Shown piece after piece: positions 62,755 through 64,000 of a DNA stretch of 64,000 nucleotides (positions are counted from its first letter, which is position 1; the number at the start of each line of letters is the position of its first letter). The stretch spans positions 5,120,001 to 5,184,000 of the forward strand of contig OZ251539.1 in the NCBI GenBank assembly GCA_965243135.1, in the 5' to 3' direction. Position numbers and translations under genes: made by a program. This stretch comes from Alphaproteobacteria bacterium (lineage in GTDB: Bacteria; Pseudomonadota; Alphaproteobacteria; MPNO01; UBA830). Under the pieces are notes generated by a model, which did not search any database, was not told the origin of the DNA, and was given only the letters and a program-made list of their open reading frames with translations.

Positions 62755-62943
62755 ATGGACAATCTTTCGAACTGGATCCTGGGTTTCAGCGCTGTCGTGA
62801 TGGGCGTCGCGGGCCTTTTCGTCGCGTCCCACGCCGGCGCGGGCGTCGGATATTACGGCGGACTGGCGATGTTCTGCTTCAGTCTGCTGTTCGTTTTCCA
62901 CCTGGTGCGGACGACTCTCGACCGCGAAGAGGGGGAGCGCTGA
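62755..62943 (+). CDS. Small two-TM membrane protein (62 aa)
   Basis: MDNLSNWILGFSAVVMGVAGLFVASHA...YYGGLAMFCFSLLFVFHLVR. Confidence 0.6.
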   Translation: MDNLSNWILGFSAVVMGVAGLFVASHAGAGVGYYGGLAMFCFSLLFVFHLVRTTLDREEGER

Positions 62944-64000
62944 CCCGGCGTCCCAGCCAGACGGCGGCAAGGCCGCCGCCGACCGAAAGCGCCGTCATCG
63001 CGTGGAACGCGCCGCCGCCGAAGGCGTCGAACAGCTGGCCTCCGGCCAGCATCGCGAGTCCCATCGCCAGACCCACCGCGAAACCCGAATAGAGGCTCTG
63101 CGCCGACGCCGACATGTCCTCCGGCACCGTCCGCAGCATGTAGTGAATGGCCGCCAGATGCGCCGCGCCGAAGGTCAGCCCGTGCAGCCACTGCACGGCG
63201 GCCAGAGCCGCGAGGTCCGTCGATTCCGCCAGCACCGTCCAGCGGACCAGTCCGGCCGCGGCCGCGATCAGCATCAGGCGCACCGGTCCGAGGCGCGCCG
63301 CGGCCGCGCCCGAGAACGCGAACAGAAGGATCTCGGCGGCCACCCCTTCCGCCCACAGCGCGCCGATCGCCGAATCCGGTATGCCGGCCGAGCGCCAGTG
63401 GAGGGTGGAAAACAGGTAGAGCACGGCGTGACTCGCCTGGAGCAGGCTCACGGCGAGGATGAAGATCAGAAAAGTCTTGCTGCGCAGCAGGACGAGAGCC
63501 GGAAACCGGGCCGCGCCGCGCCGCCTGGGGCGCGGCAGGCGCGAACCCGCGATCGCGGCGCAGGCCAACGCCGAGAGGAGCATCCACAGAATCGCGCCGT
63601 CGCCCGCGAAGTCGATCGCGAACCCTCCGGCCCAGGCGGCGGCGATGAAGGCGATCGAACCCCACAGCCGCACCCGTCCGTAATCGAAACCGTGCGTCGC
63701 GGCCGATCTGGAGGCGAGGTTTTCGCCCAGCGGGATAAGCGCCATGAACAGGGAGGTCGCGAGCAGGTTGAGGCCGAAGAGCGCCGGGAAGCCGTCGGCG
63801 GCGCCGATGAGCGCGTACGCTCCGACGCTTCCGGCCGCCGAGATCAAGATGATTCTCCGGTGCGCGCCGGACCGGTCCGCGAAATGGGCGATGAACGGGT
63901 TGGCGAAGGCGCGCACCCAGATCGCCACCGACAGGATCAGGCTGATTTCCCCGGCGTCGAGGCCGCGATGGGCCAGCCATGCAGGCCAGAACGGCACGTG
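62879..64000 (-). CDS. MFS transporter, HcaT/3-phenylpropionate permease-like (N-terminus beyond window)
   Basis: PFWPAWL, DYGRVRLWGS, QASHA..Y.FS, GV.AEI, LHGLTFG..H; the 3' end overlaps the small convergent gene, so the stop is uncertain. Confidence 0.88.
   Translation of the reverse strand, partial: HVPFWPAWLAHRGLDAGEISLILSVAIWVRAFANPFIAHFADRSGAHRRIILISAAGSVGAYALIGAADGFPALFGLNLLATSLFMALIPLGENLASRSAATHGFDYGRVRLWGSIAFIAAAWAGGFAIDFAGDGAILWMLLSALACAAIAGSRLPRPRRRGAARFPALVLLRSKTFLIFILAVSLLQASHAVLYLFSTLHWRSAGIPDSAIGALWAEGVAAEILLFAFSGAAAARLGPVRLMLIAAAAGLVRWTVLAESTDLAALAAVQWLHGLTFGAAHLAAIHYMLRTVPEDMSASAQSLYSGFAVGLAMGLAMLAGGQLFDAFGGGAFHAMTALSVGGGLAAVWLGRRVSAPPLRGRESSAPGGKRTAD

Overview
GC-rich bacterial chromosomal segment, most likely from an alphaproteobacterium (inferred from the rpmH-rnpA-yidD-yidC-engB-argB-HAD, dapD-dapE and def-fmt-truA gene order). 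The many TRAP transporters, Rpn and AAA/PD-(D/E)XK genes and an NHLP-leader gene resemble marine sponge-symbiont genomes, but that is inference only. The metabolic backbone comprises three TRAP systems, hcrCAB (4-hydroxybenzoyl-CoA reductase), a second xanthine-dehydrogenase-family molybdoenzyme, a flavin monooxygenase, a TauD-family dioxygenase, hutFG/hutIU without hutH, and a TIGR04282/04283-type transferase pair. Small accessory or defence-like units are scattered through it. (1) A monocistronic gene fuses a nitrile-hydratase-like (NHLP) RiPP leader with double-Gly site to a 24-aa peptide and a CFI-box-CTERM-like domain; this is the best candidate for something undescribed. (2) A prokaryotic viperin is divergently paired with an XRE regulator bearing a hydrophobic C-terminal helix, with operator-like palindromes in the promoter. 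(3) An Rpn nuclease gene has an upstream duplicate of only its C-terminal, antitoxin-like part. (4) An AT-rich ABC/AAA ATPase is coupled to a small PD-(D/E)XK-like gene. (5) There is an orphan HEPN-like gene and several decaying AAA and transposase relics showing short deletions. No rRNA, tRNA or CRISPR array was recognised. All calls come from reading the sequence and remembered family motifs; no database searches were run.
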